Shown here: positions 38,432 through 48,836 of the stretch, piece after piece
How the letters are laid out: each line of letters starts with the position of its first letter
How positions within the stretch are numbered: position 1 is the stretch's first letter
Assembly: GCA_964473815.1 (NCBI GenBank)
Contig: CAYYQK010000004.1
Location: forward strand, 68,493 to 132,492
Direction: 5' to 3'
DNA length: 64,000 bases
Source of the DNA: an uncultured Candidatus Saccharibacteria bacterium
Lineage (GTDB): Bacteria; Patescibacteriota; Doudnabacteria; UBA920
Translations under genes and position numbers: made by a program
The notes under the pieces: model-generated
Databases searched by the model: none
What the model was told of the DNA's origin: nothing
What the model saw: the letters and a program-made list of their open reading frames with translations, nothing else

Positions 38432-39877
38432 TCAGAATGAGAAAGTTTCGATGAGCCGGAATCGTAACACTCCTGCCCCTGACTGATTCCACAGATACCC
38501 AATTCCCACGCGCGGCCAGTTTTTACGAGGGAATTTGTATTCGAGCAAAGGACCTGTGGTCCAAGCTAGTGGCTTGGTCGCCGTTTTGCTTAAAACAGTT
38601 TCCCAGCCAGGAAAGAGCCCTCCAAGTCGGTCTTTCAGTTTCGCTTTCGCAAAAGTCTGATTCACGACGGTAATGTTTAAGTGGCGATTTCCCGGACTAC
38701 CTCGAACAGTTCTTTCGAAATTGATAACCGGAGTGTTTGTAGCGATTGCACTAAACCCCGGAAATCGTTTCGGCAAGCTAAACGCATTAAAGACTTGCAG
38801 CCCTCCGACAACTGATGTGCTGTCTGTGCCGCGAACCTTGTCGTGCGTTTGCCGAAAACCAGCCACGCCGATTAAAGTCGTATGCTTAGTTTTCAGGAAC
38901 CGTTTTCCACCCGTGACTAGAGCATTCCACGACAAGTTATTTGAACCGAAGATATTTTCGGACATCCAACCAGTCGGAGATGTAATAGTCACCCGCAACT
39001 GTCGCTGGGGGTTTGGTCCGGCGCCAGCAACGATTTCGCCATACCGAGCATCTGTCTGAATGGTCCAATCAGCAGTTGCCTTACCTTTTCCGTTTTGCTT
39101 GGATCCACTCTGGCCGAATGCTTTCGCACCGCCGGCTGCGCCGACTGACAAAACCAATGCCAAAGTGTAACCTGCAAACTCCAAGGCTTTCTGCAACGAC
39201 CTCACTGGTGTACCAAATGGATACCTCCACGCCGTGAAAAGCCACGTCGGAGTAGCCAATGGCAACCGAGTCAAAGATAAAGCTTCGCCGATCAAGTTGT
39301 AACCTTTCTTCTTTGCCTTGTAACACATCATGAGTAGCATGAGTGCGCAGGAAATGAGATAGGCCACGGCAAGTGATTGCCATATCGGCGTACGATCAAT
39401 CGGGACTTTGGCTGCACTAATCGCTGGAGAAAAAAATTGTTCTTGAGCTAAAGAAGTTGTTTCCATACTGAATCGGGAAATCTCAGCAGCCTTACCACCT
39501 CTTTTCTCAATATCCTGCATGCGCTCTGAAAGGCTGGCAGCTGTTTCGGTCGGCATAAGGCCGTAACGCGAAAAGCTTTCGATGGCATCCTCGGCGATCC
39601 TCATCTGGGCCAACCAAGTGTAGAACTGCTCAGGCTCGGCTTTCACCGGCATTGCCGCTTCGAGTTCCTTGATCTTAAGCACTAGTTGCGAAGTGTCTTT
39701 ATAAGGATACAACGCCAGTTGTTTCTCACCTGTGGGATCGTTTTTGTTCTGCGCCCCAAACCAGAGGCACACGAAAAACACCAACATGATCAGTCCGCCG
39801 AAAACCATATGGAGCGTACTCCATTCTGATTTTTGTTCAGCCTGATCATAACGATAGTCAAAATGATTATTTCTCAC
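38432..39877 (-). CDS. Hypothetical membrane protein with C-terminal beta-rich domain (orphan, strong SD)
   Basis: 481 aa; AGGAGGT before GTG; several TM helices then amphipathic beta-strand pattern ending ..ETFSF. Confidence 0.75.
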   Translation of the reverse strand: MRNNHFDYRYDQAEQKSEWSTLHMVFGGLIMLVFFVCLWFGAQNKNDPTGEKQLALYPYKDTSQLVLKIKELEAAMPVKAEPEQFYTWLAQMRIAEDAIESFSRYGLMPTETAASLSERMQDIEKRGGKAAEISRFSMETTSLAQEQFFSPAISAAKVPIDRTPIWQSLAVAYLISCALMLLMMCYKAKKKGYNLIGEALSLTRLPLATPTWLFTAWRYPFGTPVRSLQKALEFAGYTLALVLSVGAAGGAKAFGQSGSKQNGKGKATADWTIQTDARYGEIVAGAGPNPQRQLRVTITSPTGWMSENIFGSNNLSWNALVTGGKRFLKTKHTTLIGVAGFRQTHDKVRGTDSTSVVGGLQVFNAFSLPKRFPGFSAIATNTPVINFERTVRGSPGNRHLNITVVNQTFAKAKLKDRLGGLFPGWETVLSKTATKPLAWTTGPLLEYKFPRKNWPRVGIGYLWNQSGAGVLRFRLIETFSF

Positions 39878-40116
39878 TTCGACCTCCTGCTATTTGTGAA
39901 ATTTTAAGCACTAGAATTCACTAACGCCGAGTCAAAAAGACTTATGAAAATAACACATTTTTAGCATTTGGTCAATTCGTTAAACGTTTATAAAATTATA
40001 TCCGGCATGTTTATAAGTTTGCTGGATATCTCATAAATTTTTTTCTTAAGATTTTAGAAAAGTTTTAGTTTTTCTTGATCAGGACTTTATCGGGCTTATG
40101 TAATGATGAGGGTCAT

Positions 40117-40192
40117 GGGCGGTTCGTCTAAGTAATTAAGACTCATCTCTACGAAAGGTGGAATTCGGGTGCAAGTCCCGAGCTGTCCACCA
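40117..40192 (+). tRNA. Non-canonical tRNA-Arg(ACG)
   Basis: 76-nt cloverleaf: GGGCGGT/GCTGTCC, GTCT/AGAC, CATCT-CTACGAA-AGGTG, TCGGG-TGCAAGT-CCCGA, A+CCA; lacks D-loop GG and TTC. Confidence 0.8.
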
Positions 40193-40269
40193 CCTTGTGT
40201 AGAGTTTCCAAATATGATATCCTATAGCTACTTTCGTAGAGATGTGGGTCTTGCACCCAATTAGACGAG

Positions 40270-40300
40270 AAAGCCGCGCCAAATGGCGCGGCTTTTAATT
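40270..40300. terminator. Intrinsic terminator between tRNA-Arg trailer and uvrA
   Basis: AAAGCCGCGCCA/TGGCGCGGCTTT, longer T-tract on the plus strand. Confidence 0.8.
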
Positions 40301-40316
40301 TTGCTTTATAAATCTT

Positions 40317-43190
40317 TTACAAAATCTTTTTTAAATATTGGCCTGTGTAAGAGCCTTTGATTTTGGCCACTTCTTCAGGCGTCCCAGCAGCAATTAGTTT
40401 ACCACCTTTGTCGCCACCTTCTGGACCCAGATCAATAATCCAGTCAGCAGTTTTAATCATATCTAAGTTGTGTTCTATGACTACAACTGTGTTGCCTTTT
40501 TCTACCAATTGATTCAAGACGTAAATTAAACGTTTTACATCGGCAAAGTGCAAACCTGTTGTAGGTTCGTCAAGAATATAGAGAGTGCGGCCAGTTGATG
40601 CACGAGAAAGTTCGGTGGCAAGTTTAATACGCTGCGCTTCCCCACCAGAAAGCGTCGTTGCGTTTTGACCAAGATGCATGTAACCCAAACCAACTTCGGA
40701 AAGCGTGTCGAGTTTGCGCTTTACTGGTGGTACATTGGCGTAGAAAATTTTCGCTTCATCAACAGTCATTTCTAACACGTCCGAAATAGTCTTGCCATTG
40801 TAGTGAATTTCCAAAGCCTCGCGGTTGTAACGCTTACCATGACACTCTTCACAAGTAATATACACATCTGGCAAGAAATTCATTTCCACTTTAATCACAC
40901 CATCGCCCTGACATTTTTCACAACGACCACCTTTAACGTTAAAGCTAAAACGCCCAGCTTTGTAGCCCTTCATTTTGGCTTCGCGGGTATCAGCAAACAA
41001 GTCACGAATATAAGTGAAGATACCAGTGTAAGTTGCTGGGTTGCTGCGCGGCGTGCGACCGATTGGCGACTGGTCGATGTTGATCATTTTGTCGATATGG
41101 TCGATGCCTAACAATTTTTTGTGAGCGCCCGGCTCATCTTTGCTATTCCAAAAATACTTCGACAAAGCTTTAGCCACAATGTCATTCAACAAAGTCGACT
41201 TCCCGCTACCGGACACACCGGTTAAACAAACAAACTTAGCTAAAGGAATATCAACGTTAACATCTTTGAGATTAAATTCTGATGCACCCACGACCGAAAT
41301 CTTTTTGCCATTACCGGCGCGGCGACGTTTTGGAACTTCGATCGTTTCTTTGCCCGATAAAAACTGACCAGTCACCGAATCTTTATTTTTCTCAACTTGT
41401 GCCGGGGTGCCTTCAGCCACCAGCTTGCCGCCGTGCTTACCCGCACCTGGTCCAATGTCTACCACCCAGTCAGACTCCCGAATGGTTTCTTCATCATGTT
41501 CAACAACAATTACGGTATTACCAAGATCGCGCAACTCTTTTAGTGTCTCAAGTAGGCGCGTGTTGTCACGTTGGTGCAAACCAATGGAAGGTTCATCTAA
41601 TATATAGAGTACGCCGGTAAGTCCACTTCCAATTTGAGTAGCCAAACGAATGCGTTGCGCTTCCCCGCCAGACAAAGTGTCAGCACCACGATCCAAAGAC
41701 AAATACGACAAACCCACGTTCAACAAAAACGAAATACGTGCAGTGATTTCTTTCAAAATTAAATTAGCAATCGCCATTTCTTTGGCGTTCAACTTCTTTG
41801 GCAGTTGCTCAAAAAACTTGGCAGCATCCTCTATAGACAAGGTAGACACATCCACAATGCTTTGGTCATCTATAGTAACAGCCAACACTTCTGGCTTCAA
41901 ACGCTTACCATCACAAGTTGGACATTTGCGAATGCGCATGTAGTTTTCAATCTCACTGCGCATGTATTCAGAATCTGTTTCTTTGTACTTGCGTTCCAAA
42001 TTTGGGATCACACCTTCGAAAGGTGCGTCGTATCCATTACCGCCAAAACGCGAGTCGCTAGGCATGCGAATTTTTTTGCCGTCAGTGCCATACAAAATTA
42101 TATCTATATATTTCTTTGGCAAATCCGCCACTTTCGTTGACACAGAAAAACCGAATTCACGACCCAAACTTTCCAAAACTTTTGAGTACCAAGATAAGCG
42201 AGAAGTAGTTTTGCTCCAAGGCCGAATCGCACCTTCAGCCAATGTTAAACGAGGGTTTGGAATTACCAAATCTGGTTCAATTGTTAGCTTTGTACCAAGC
42301 CCTTTACATTCCGGACAAGCTCCGTGCGGTGAGTTAAAGGAAAATTCGCGCGGATCAAGTTCAGTCAAAGCAACAGCGTGACCATTCGGACATGCAAACT
42401 TTTGGGAAAAAGGAATCTCTTCTTTAATTTTGTCGCCATCCATAACAACAACGGTTGCCGTTTGATCACCATACTCCAAAGCTTTTTCTAAACTTTCGGA
42501 AATGCGGCCGCGGTCTTCATGGGCAATGGCAATACGATCAACAATTACATCTATACTGTGCTTTTTTTGCTTGTCTAAATTCAAACCTTGCGCTTCGTCA
42601 ATGTCCATAATGGTGCCATCAACACGAACGCGGGCAAAACCGCTCTTCTTAACTTGTTCAAAAATTAATTTGTGCTCACCTTTTTGATCTTTGATAAACG
42701 GCGCCAACAACATAACGCGCTGACCTTCCGGCATGGTAAGTAATTGATCAACCATGGCTTGCAAAGTTTGACCAGTTACGCGCGCATTACATGTCGGACA
42801 GTGTGGAATCCCCGCCCGCGCGTAGAGCAAACGCAAATAATCGTAAATTTCAGTGACAGTTCCCACTGTTGAACGCGGGTTATGGCTAGCACTCTTCTGG
42901 TCGATCGAAATTGCCGGGCTTAAACCCTCGATTTTATCAACATCTGGTTTGTCCATTAAACCAATGAACTGTCGCGCGTAAGCCGAAAGTGACTCAACAT
43001 AGCGACGCTGACCTTCGGCGTAAATCGTATCAAAAGCTAAAGATGACTTCCCGCTGCCGGAAAGTCCAGTAATAGTTATAAGTTTGCAACGCGGCAAGTC
43101 TAAATCGACATTTTTTAAATTGTGCTGGCGAGCGCCACGAATCACAATTTTTTCAGAATTGCCGAGTGAGTTAGTTTGTTTTTTAGGCAT
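40317..43190 (-). CDS. uvrA: Excinuclease ABC subunit A
   Basis: [19 protein letters not shown] twice, zinc fingers, GVSGSGKST. Confidence 0.99.
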   Translation of the reverse strand: MPKKQTNSLGNSEKIVIRGARQHNLKNVDLDLPRCKLITITGLSGSGKSSLAFDTIYAEGQRRYVESLSAYARQFIGLMDKPDVDKIEGLSPAISIDQKSASHNPRSTVGTVTEIYDYLRLLYARAGIPHCPTCNARVTGQTLQAMVDQLLTMPEGQRVMLLAPFIKDQKGEHKLIFEQVKKSGFARVRVDGTIMDIDEAQGLNLDKQKKHSIDVIVDRIAIAHEDRGRISESLEKALEYGDQTATVVVMDGDKIKEEIPFSQKFACPNGHAVALTELDPREFSFNSPHGACPECKGLGTKLTIEPDLVIPNPRLTLAEGAIRPWSKTTSRLSWYSKVLESLGREFGFSVSTKVADLPKKYIDIILYGTDGKKIRMPSDSRFGGNGYDAPFEGVIPNLERKYKETDSEYMRSEIENYMRIRKCPTCDGKRLKPEVLAVTIDDQSIVDVSTLSIEDAAKFFEQLPKKLNAKEMAIANLILKEITARISFLLNVGLSYLSLDRGADTLSGGEAQRIRLATQIGSGLTGVLYILDEPSIGLHQRDNTRLLETLKELRDLGNTVIVVEHDEETIRESDWVVDIGPGAGKHGGKLVAEGTPAQVEKNKDSVTGQFLSGKETIEVPKRRRAGNGKKISVVGASEFNLKDVNVDIPLAKFVCLTGVSGSGKSTLLNDIVAKALSKYFWNSKDEPGAHKKLLGIDHIDKMINIDQSPIGRTPRSNPATYTGIFTYIRDLFADTREAKMKGYKAGRFSFNVKGGRCEKCQGDGVIKVEMNFLPDVYITCEECHGKRYNREALEIHYNGKTISDVLEMTVDEAKIFYANVPPVKRKLDTLSEVGLGYMHLGQNATTLSGGEAQRIKLATELSRASTGRTLYILDEPTTGLHFADVKRLIYVLNQLVEKGNTVVVIEHNLDMIKTADWIIDLGPEGGDKGGKLIAAGTPEEVAKIKGSYTGQYLKKIL

Positions 43191-43312
43191 CAAATTTAGA
43201 TAAATAAAAGATAAATTTCAACTTTATTAACCCTAGCAGATATTTTGACAAAAAACAAGAGCCAAGACCTCAATATGGGTCCTGGCTTGGAATTCCCGGA
43301 AACCAACCTTAG

Positions 43313-43543
43313 CTATTGTGCTTTTTTAAACACGAAATCCAAAACTTCGTTTAAAATCACGAGCAACAATGAGCAGCCTATGGCTGTGGTTAAAAAATCA
43401 TCCGGAAATGAACTGAACAACACCGAATAATGCGGATTGAAACTGATGTACCAATTGACCGCAATATTGACTAACTCGGCGATACTGACACCGGTGAAGA
43501 AAATACAATAGCAACAAACTATCAAGAATAGTATTGCTCTCAC
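43313..43543 (-). CDS. Small 2-TM hypothetical protein (orphan, strong SD)
   Basis: AAGGAGGT before GTG at 43543; two hydrophobic helices. Confidence 0.55.
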   Translation of the reverse strand: MRAILFLIVCCYCIFFTGVSIAELVNIAVNWYISFNPHYSVLFSSFPDDFLTTAIGCSLLLVILNEVLDFVFKKAQ

Positions 43544-43588
43544 TTCGAACCTCCTTACCACAGATTTCTAACTTGCTATAATACGAAT

Positions 43589-45436
43589 ATGACTGAATTG
43601 AAAGACAAAGTCAAAGAAATTCCGCATAAGCCAGGTGTGTACAAGTTCCTCGGCAAAGAGGGAGCTGTTTTGTATGTGGGCAAAGCCAAGGACTTGCGAA
43701 GTCGTGTAGTACAATACTTTGGCAAACACGACAATCGTGCCCAACTTCCATTCCTGATGGCTGAGGCTGTGGACTTAGAATATATAGTGGTGAACTCGGA
43801 GCTGGAAAGTTTGTTTTTGGAAAACACCATCATCAAGCAGTACATGCCGCCGTACAACATCATGCTGCGGGATGATAAAAATTATGCGTTCATTAAAATT
43901 GATTACTCCACTGAGATTCCACAAATAACTTATGCACGTAAAATTTTTACTGACTCGAGCGAAGGTCCAGGCCGCAGCACAAAAAAAGATAAGTACTTTG
44001 GACCATATTCTTCGACTGCAAAAATCCGTAAAACCTTAGATTTCATCCGCAAAGTTTTTCCATATTGTGCTAATAAAGAAATTGGCAAACGGCCATGCTT
44101 CTATTATTACCTGCACCGCTGCCCAGGAATTTGCGTAGGCGCGATTACCATGCAGGAATATGAGCAACAACTCGATCGTATTTGTTTGTTTTTGTCTGGT
44201 CGGAATTCTGAAATAAAAAAACAGTTGATGCGCGACATGAAGGGCGCTTCCAAATGGAAACATTTCGAAACTGCCGCACGTCTGCGCGACCAGCTGCAAG
44301 CCATTGAAGTTCTCGATGAACGCCAAATCGCCTTATTCCCCCAAAAAGTATCCTGGGATTTTGTATCCGTATATATAGATGCGATTTCTGCCTGCGTTAA
44401 CGTGTTCAAGGTACGCGAAGGAAAATTAATCGACAAAGAGAATTTTATTTACGACAACATTTTGGGTGTACAGGAAGATAACCGCGGCCCATTGGTGCAG
44501 CAAGCCTTCCTGGAAATGTACTATTCCCAAACTACCAACCTCCCCCAAGAAATTTATACCCAGTTTAAACTTGATAACGATCCGTTAATTAAAATTTTAC
44601 TTGCTTCGCGTGTTAAAGAAACCAAAGCTAAGCGCAAAATTAAACTTTGCGTGCCGACTCGCAGCCAGAAACTTAAACTGATTAAACTCGGTGTGACTAA
44701 TGCCGAAGAATATTTGCGCAAATGGCAGCGCAGTCAAGCTAGTAATCTCGATCAGATCAAAGAAATTTTAGAAAACCTAAAACAACTTTTGAATTTACCT
44801 CACACACCGCGCCGCATTGAAGGCTATGACATCAGCAACACGCAGGGAACAAATCCGGTTGGTAGCATGGTTGTGGTAAAAGATGGCTTGGCGACAAAAT
44901 CTGAATACCGAAAATTCAAGATTAATGTGAAGTCCACGCCGGACGACTTTATGATGATGCGCGAAATGTTAACGCGCCGCCTTTCTCGCGTGAATCCGGA
45001 AAACGAAAAAGATAAATGGCCACTCCCTGACTTGTTAGTAATCGATGGCGGCAAAGGACAACTTGGCGTTGCAGTGGAAGTGTTAGAAAAATTAAAATTA
45101 AATATTCCTGTCATCGGTCTTGCAAAACGAATTGAAGAAATTTTCTTACCTCACAATCCCGAACCAATTGTGTTGCCACACGAAGATCCAACCTTGCAAC
45201 TATTACAAAGACTCCGCGACGAAGCGCACAGATTTGGAATCACGTTCCATCGCAACCTCCGCAGCAAACAAGCAGTGAAATCCGCCCTCGACACCATTCC
45301 TGGCATTGGACCGAAAACAAAAAAACTGCTCAAACAAAAAATCGGGTCTGTTGATAAAATCAGACAGACACCGATTTCTAAACTCTCCGAGCTGGTGGGT
45401 CCGGCCAAAGCCGAACAGATTTTGAAGCATTTATAG
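43589..45436 (+). CDS. uvrC: Excinuclease ABC subunit C
   Basis: PGVY, YVGKAKDLR, IEGYDISN, IDGGKGQ, RDEAHRF, HhH. Confidence 0.98.
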   Translation: MTELKDKVKEIPHKPGVYKFLGKEGAVLYVGKAKDLRSRVVQYFGKHDNRAQLPFLMAEAVDLEYIVVNSELESLFLENTIIKQYMPPYNIMLRDDKNYAFIKIDYSTEIPQITYARKIFTDSSEGPGRSTKKDKYFGPYSSTAKIRKTLDFIRKVFPYCANKEIGKRPCFYYYLHRCPGICVGAITMQEYEQQLDRICLFLSGRNSEIKKQLMRDMKGASKWKHFETAARLRDQLQAIEVLDERQIALFPQKVSWDFVSVYIDAISACVNVFKVREGKLIDKENFIYDNILGVQEDNRGPLVQQAFLEMYYSQTTNLPQEIYTQFKLDNDPLIKILLASRVKETKAKRKIKLCVPTRSQKLKLIKLGVTNAEEYLRKWQRSQASNLDQIKEILENLKQLLNLPHTPRRIEGYDISNTQGTNPVGSMVVVKDGLATKSEYRKFKINVKSTPDDFMMMREMLTRRLSRVNPENEKDKWPLPDLLVIDGGKGQLGVAVEVLEKLKLNIPVIGLAKRIEEIFLPHNPEPIVLPHEDPTLQLLQRLRDEAHRFGITFHRNLRSKQAVKSALDTIPGIGPKTKKLLKQKIGSVDKIRQTPISKLSELVGPAKAEQILKHL

Positions 45437-45562
45437 GATATTTGAGGGGTATTGACAATACCTCTCCTTTATGGTAAAATGCTTTCAACAATCGTTTTGG
45501 TCTATTTTAAGACTGATTTATGCGGTTGTGATAATGCAGAAAAAACCAAGGAGACAACGAAA

Positions 45563-45727
45563 ATGAAAAAGAATTTTCTGATCAACTCGCCTCCGGGCAC
45601 TATGACGACGGCATGGCCGCCGGTCCAGAAAACCGGCAAAGCTGAGATAAATTATGGATCGATATTCGGCGACGGCAACGGCAGATCAACGCGCGGCAAT
45701 TTCGGCGGCAAGATCGGCGGACCGTAA
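45563..45727 (+). CDS. Small hypothetical protein (orphan, SD, own promoter and terminator)
   Basis: TTGACA-17-TAAAAT at 45452-45480, AAGGAG, terminator about 45794-45835. Confidence 0.45.
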   Translation: MKKNFLINSPPGTMTTAWPPVQKTGKAEINYGSIFGDGNGRSTRGNFGGKIGGP

Positions 45728-45963
45728 CGCGGGGCCGGCGTAGCGACGTCGTAGTCGCATCGCCAGCAATGGTTAGTCAGATTTTCTCCTTACGGGGCCG
45801 AAGAGTAGCAATTTTGCTCTTCGGTCTTTTCTTTTGTCTAAATTTTCTATGAGTAAGCCAAGTCTTTGACTTTCTGGCAAAGATATGATAAAGTTTTATT
45901 TATCAACCTACGTGCGTTCTGAGGTTGAGATTTGTCACAGAAAACTTCAAGGAGAAAAAACGG

Positions 45964-46539
45964 ATGAGAACAATCAAGGCGTTGTTGTTTGTTGTCAGTT
46001 TAGCCATCGCATTGGTCGCCGGCCTGTATGCCAATCCGCCGACCGTTACGAAAAACGAAGTAGGGAATCCTTCCCAAAGCTCACCACCAGCCGCCGTCAC
46101 CGCGACTTTTACAAAGACGGCAGCAGGGGCGATGAATGTTACCGAGATCAATCCAACCGTGGAAGTCAGACAGACATCCCCGCCGGTCGCGAACTCTTTC
46201 GCGAATACGACGATCTCGAGCTTGGTCAATGTCGACTATTCATTAACGGCAACGGCGTTCAATACGGTAAATGCTTCGCCGATCGACCGTACAATTAATG
46301 TACTTGTGGGATTCAGGATACGGCCGCCCATTGTGCTGATCTCGACGACAATGGCAGGCCGATCCGCCGCGACGCCACACTATGCAGGGCACTTCGCTCT
46401 GCCGGCGAATACAGACGTAGGAAAAGGAGAAACGGCTGACGCCAACAAAATTGTGGCGAGCTCGTCATTCAATTCCTTTGCCGAGGACACACCGACCGCC
46501 GTCCGCGTCGATGACGTACGGTTCGTCAAACGTGAATAA
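45964..46539 (+). CDS. Secreted Ala/Thr-rich hypothetical protein (orphan, SD)
   Basis: AAGGAG, signal peptide, repeated xPP motifs. Confidence 0.65.
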   Translation: MRTIKALLFVVSLAIALVAGLYANPPTVTKNEVGNPSQSSPPAAVTATFTKTAAGAMNVTEINPTVEVRQTSPPVANSFANTTISSLVNVDYSLTATAFNTVNASPIDRTINVLVGFRIRPPIVLISTTMAGRSAATPHYAGHFALPANTDVGKGETADANKIVASSSFNSFAEDTPTAVRVDDVRFVKRE

Positions 46540-46700
46540 CACCAATTCGTGTTCCTCCGGAACACAAACCGCTGGATTTCCCTCACAAGAAATTCGGCGG
46601 CTTTTTTTATAAATTTTTATCTCTCCCATTCCGTACCTTGACACCAACTGCCTAAATTTCTATAATAAATGAGCTTTTTGGAGAACCCAAATTTAACTTT

Positions 46701-46937
46701 ATGAAAAATCTTAGCCTTAGTTACATCTTAACAATCGTAGATATGGTGGTAATGGTGGTACTCATTATCGTTATTTCTTTGCAAAATAAATCTTCCGGAC
46801 TATCTAATGTATTCGGTGGTGGTGGCAATGTGGTTGCTACTCGCCGGGGCAGTGACAAGTGGCTATTCTACGCTACAATTGTTTTGGGTGTCTTATTCGC
46901 GGGCCTGAGCCTGACCGTGGTTCTGCTGACCAAATAG
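46701..46937 (+). CDS. secG: Preprotein translocase subunit SecG
   Basis: LQNKSSGLSNVFGGGG..TRRGSDK, two TM helices. Confidence 0.9.
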   Translation: MKNLSLSYILTIVDMVVMVVLIIVISLQNKSSGLSNVFGGGGNVVATRRGSDKWLFYATIVLGVLFAGLSLTVVLLTK

Positions 46938-46966
46938 CAGCCGCGCCTGATCAGTAAATTTTTTCC

Positions 46967-48685
46967 GTGAACTCAATTTTTTATCATCTTAAATTCGTCC
47001 CTCGCATCCGCCTTTCCGTCCTACGGAAGGTTTTTTCATTAATGGGCCGACGCGAGAAAATGACGCTATTAGTGTTGTTGATTCTTACTGCAACCAGCGG
47101 TTTATTCACTGGCCGCCAAGTTTTGGCAAAGTATACAACTACAGTCGCTGCTAATGGTGGCACTTACCGCGAAGGATTAATTGGTCAGCCGCGGTTTATC
47201 AATCCCCTCCTCGCGACTACTGATACCGATCAGGCGATTGTAAAACTTGTTTACTCCGGGCTATATCGGTTAGATGCAGGGGGTGACGTAATTCCCGACT
47301 TGGCTGATGGTATGCCGCAAGTTTCGGAAGATGGTCAGGACTACACTGTGAAAATGAAAAGCAATGCCCAATGGCACGATGGCACGCCCGTCACAGCAGA
47401 CGACGTAGTTTTTACAATTCAGACCTTGCAGAATCCAGCTTTTAATAGTCCGCACCGAAGTGAGTGGGAGTCGACTACAGTTGAAAAAATCGACAACAAT
47501 ACGGTGAAGTTTCATTTGAAAGTTTCGTCTGCACCTTTTTTGAATAACCTAACCTTGCCTATTATTAGCAAAAAATATTGGGGCAATGTCTCCCCTGCTG
47601 ATTTTGTGTTGTCACAAGGCAATATTGAAGCAGTTGGCAATGGCCCTTATGTAATTAAAGAAGTGCGCAAGTTGGCGAAAGGAACAATTCAGGCTATAGA
47701 CTTGGAATCATTTCCAAATTGGCATAACCGCCGGGCGTACATCGACACAGTGAAGTTGAATTTTTATGATGACATCGAAGGTGTATTAACGGCCATTCAT
47801 GGTAAGCAAATTGATGGATTTGGTTTTAGTCCGTTCGACCAAAGCGTACGCTTGGATGAGTCAAACAATGAGTTGAATGTGACCCAGTTGCCGTTGCCAC
47901 AGTATCAGGCCGTATTTTTTAATACCAGTAAGCCGATTTTCGCAGATGTGAAAGTGCGTCAGGCTTTGCAAATGGGCACGGATATTAAAACTATTATCGA
48001 TACCGTTTACAACGGCCAGGGCCAACCTTTGAATGGGCCTATTTTGAGACAACATGTTGATGGTTTGCCTGATCCAGTGGTTCTATATAATGTCGATCAA
48101 GCTAAACAGAAACTGGAAGAAGCGGGTTGGAAGTTAGAGAATGGTGCTAGTGTCCGCAAAAAGAATGGAACTGAATTGAGTTTTACATTGTCAACAAATA
48201 ATTTTCCCTTGAACACCAAGACTGCAGAGTTGCTGGCCAACGAATGGTCGCAGCTCGGGGTAAAGGTGTCGTTGAATATTCAGCCAACGCGCGAGCTCAC
48301 CGACGGAGTTATCCGCCCTCGTAATTATGACGCCCTATTGTTCGCGCAAAAACTTGGTGTAGACCCTGATCCATTTTTATTCTGGCATTCTAGCCAGGTT
48401 AAAAATCCAGGATTGAATTTGTCTTTGTATCAAAATACTGCTGCTGACAAATTAATTTCTGAAGCGCGCGCCACAACTGATAAAACTCAACGCGATGAAA
48501 AATATCGCGAGTTTCAAAACTTAATTCAACTCGATGTTCCGGCAATCTTCCTAGTACAAAACGTATTCTCTTATGCGCAAATGGACAACATTAAAGGTTT
48601 GAGCATAAATAATCTGACTGACTCGACTGTGCGTTTCTATGATTTGCCGAATTGGTATTTGGATACGAAGCGCATTTTGAAATAA
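46967..48685 (+). CDS. Peptide ABC transporter substrate-binding protein (family 5, OppA/DppA-like)
   Basis: PRFINPL, LVYSGL, PDLA, WHDGTPVTADDVVFT, GNGPY. Confidence 0.9.
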   Translation: MNSIFYHLKFVPRIRLSVLRKVFSLMGRREKMTLLVLLILTATSGLFTGRQVLAKYTTTVAANGGTYREGLIGQPRFINPLLATTDTDQAIVKLVYSGLYRLDAGGDVIPDLADGMPQVSEDGQDYTVKMKSNAQWHDGTPVTADDVVFTIQTLQNPAFNSPHRSEWESTTVEKIDNNTVKFHLKVSSAPFLNNLTLPIISKKYWGNVSPADFVLSQGNIEAVGNGPYVIKEVRKLAKGTIQAIDLESFPNWHNRRAYIDTVKLNFYDDIEGVLTAIHGKQIDGFGFSPFDQSVRLDESNNELNVTQLPLPQYQAVFFNTSKPIFADVKVRQALQMGTDIKTIIDTVYNGQGQPLNGPILRQHVDGLPDPVVLYNVDQAKQKLEEAGWKLENGASVRKKNGTELSFTLSTNNFPLNTKTAELLANEWSQLGVKVSLNIQPTRELTDGVIRPRNYDALLFAQKLGVDPDPFLFWHSSQVKNPGLNLSLYQNTAADKLISEARATTDKTQRDEKYREFQNLIQLDVPAIFLVQNVFSYAQMDNIKGLSINNLTDSTVRFYDLPNWYLDTKRILK

Positions 48686-48715
48686 TTGCGGCCGGCTATT
48701 GGCCGTGCACAACTT

Positions 48716-48802
48716 GCCGCGGTGGTGAAATTGGCATACACGTACGCTTCAGGTGCGTATGACCGCAAGGTCGTGAGGGTTCAAGTCCCTCCCGCGGCAC
48801 CA
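48716..48802 (+). tRNA. tRNA-Leu(CAG)
   Basis: Canonical class II tRNA, anticodon loop TTCAGGT, long variable arm, GTTCAAGT, CCA. Confidence 0.97.
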
Positions 48803-48836
48803 TCTAAATAAATCAAAAACCGCCGGTGTGGCGGTT

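Noticed and set aside
40193-40270. tRNA-related sequence as an attR/attL scar of an integrated element, or as a second tRNA on the minus strand
   Set aside because: att duplications are direct repeats of the tRNA 3' end; these are inverted and reordered, no integrase is nearby, and the minus strand cannot form a cloverleaf
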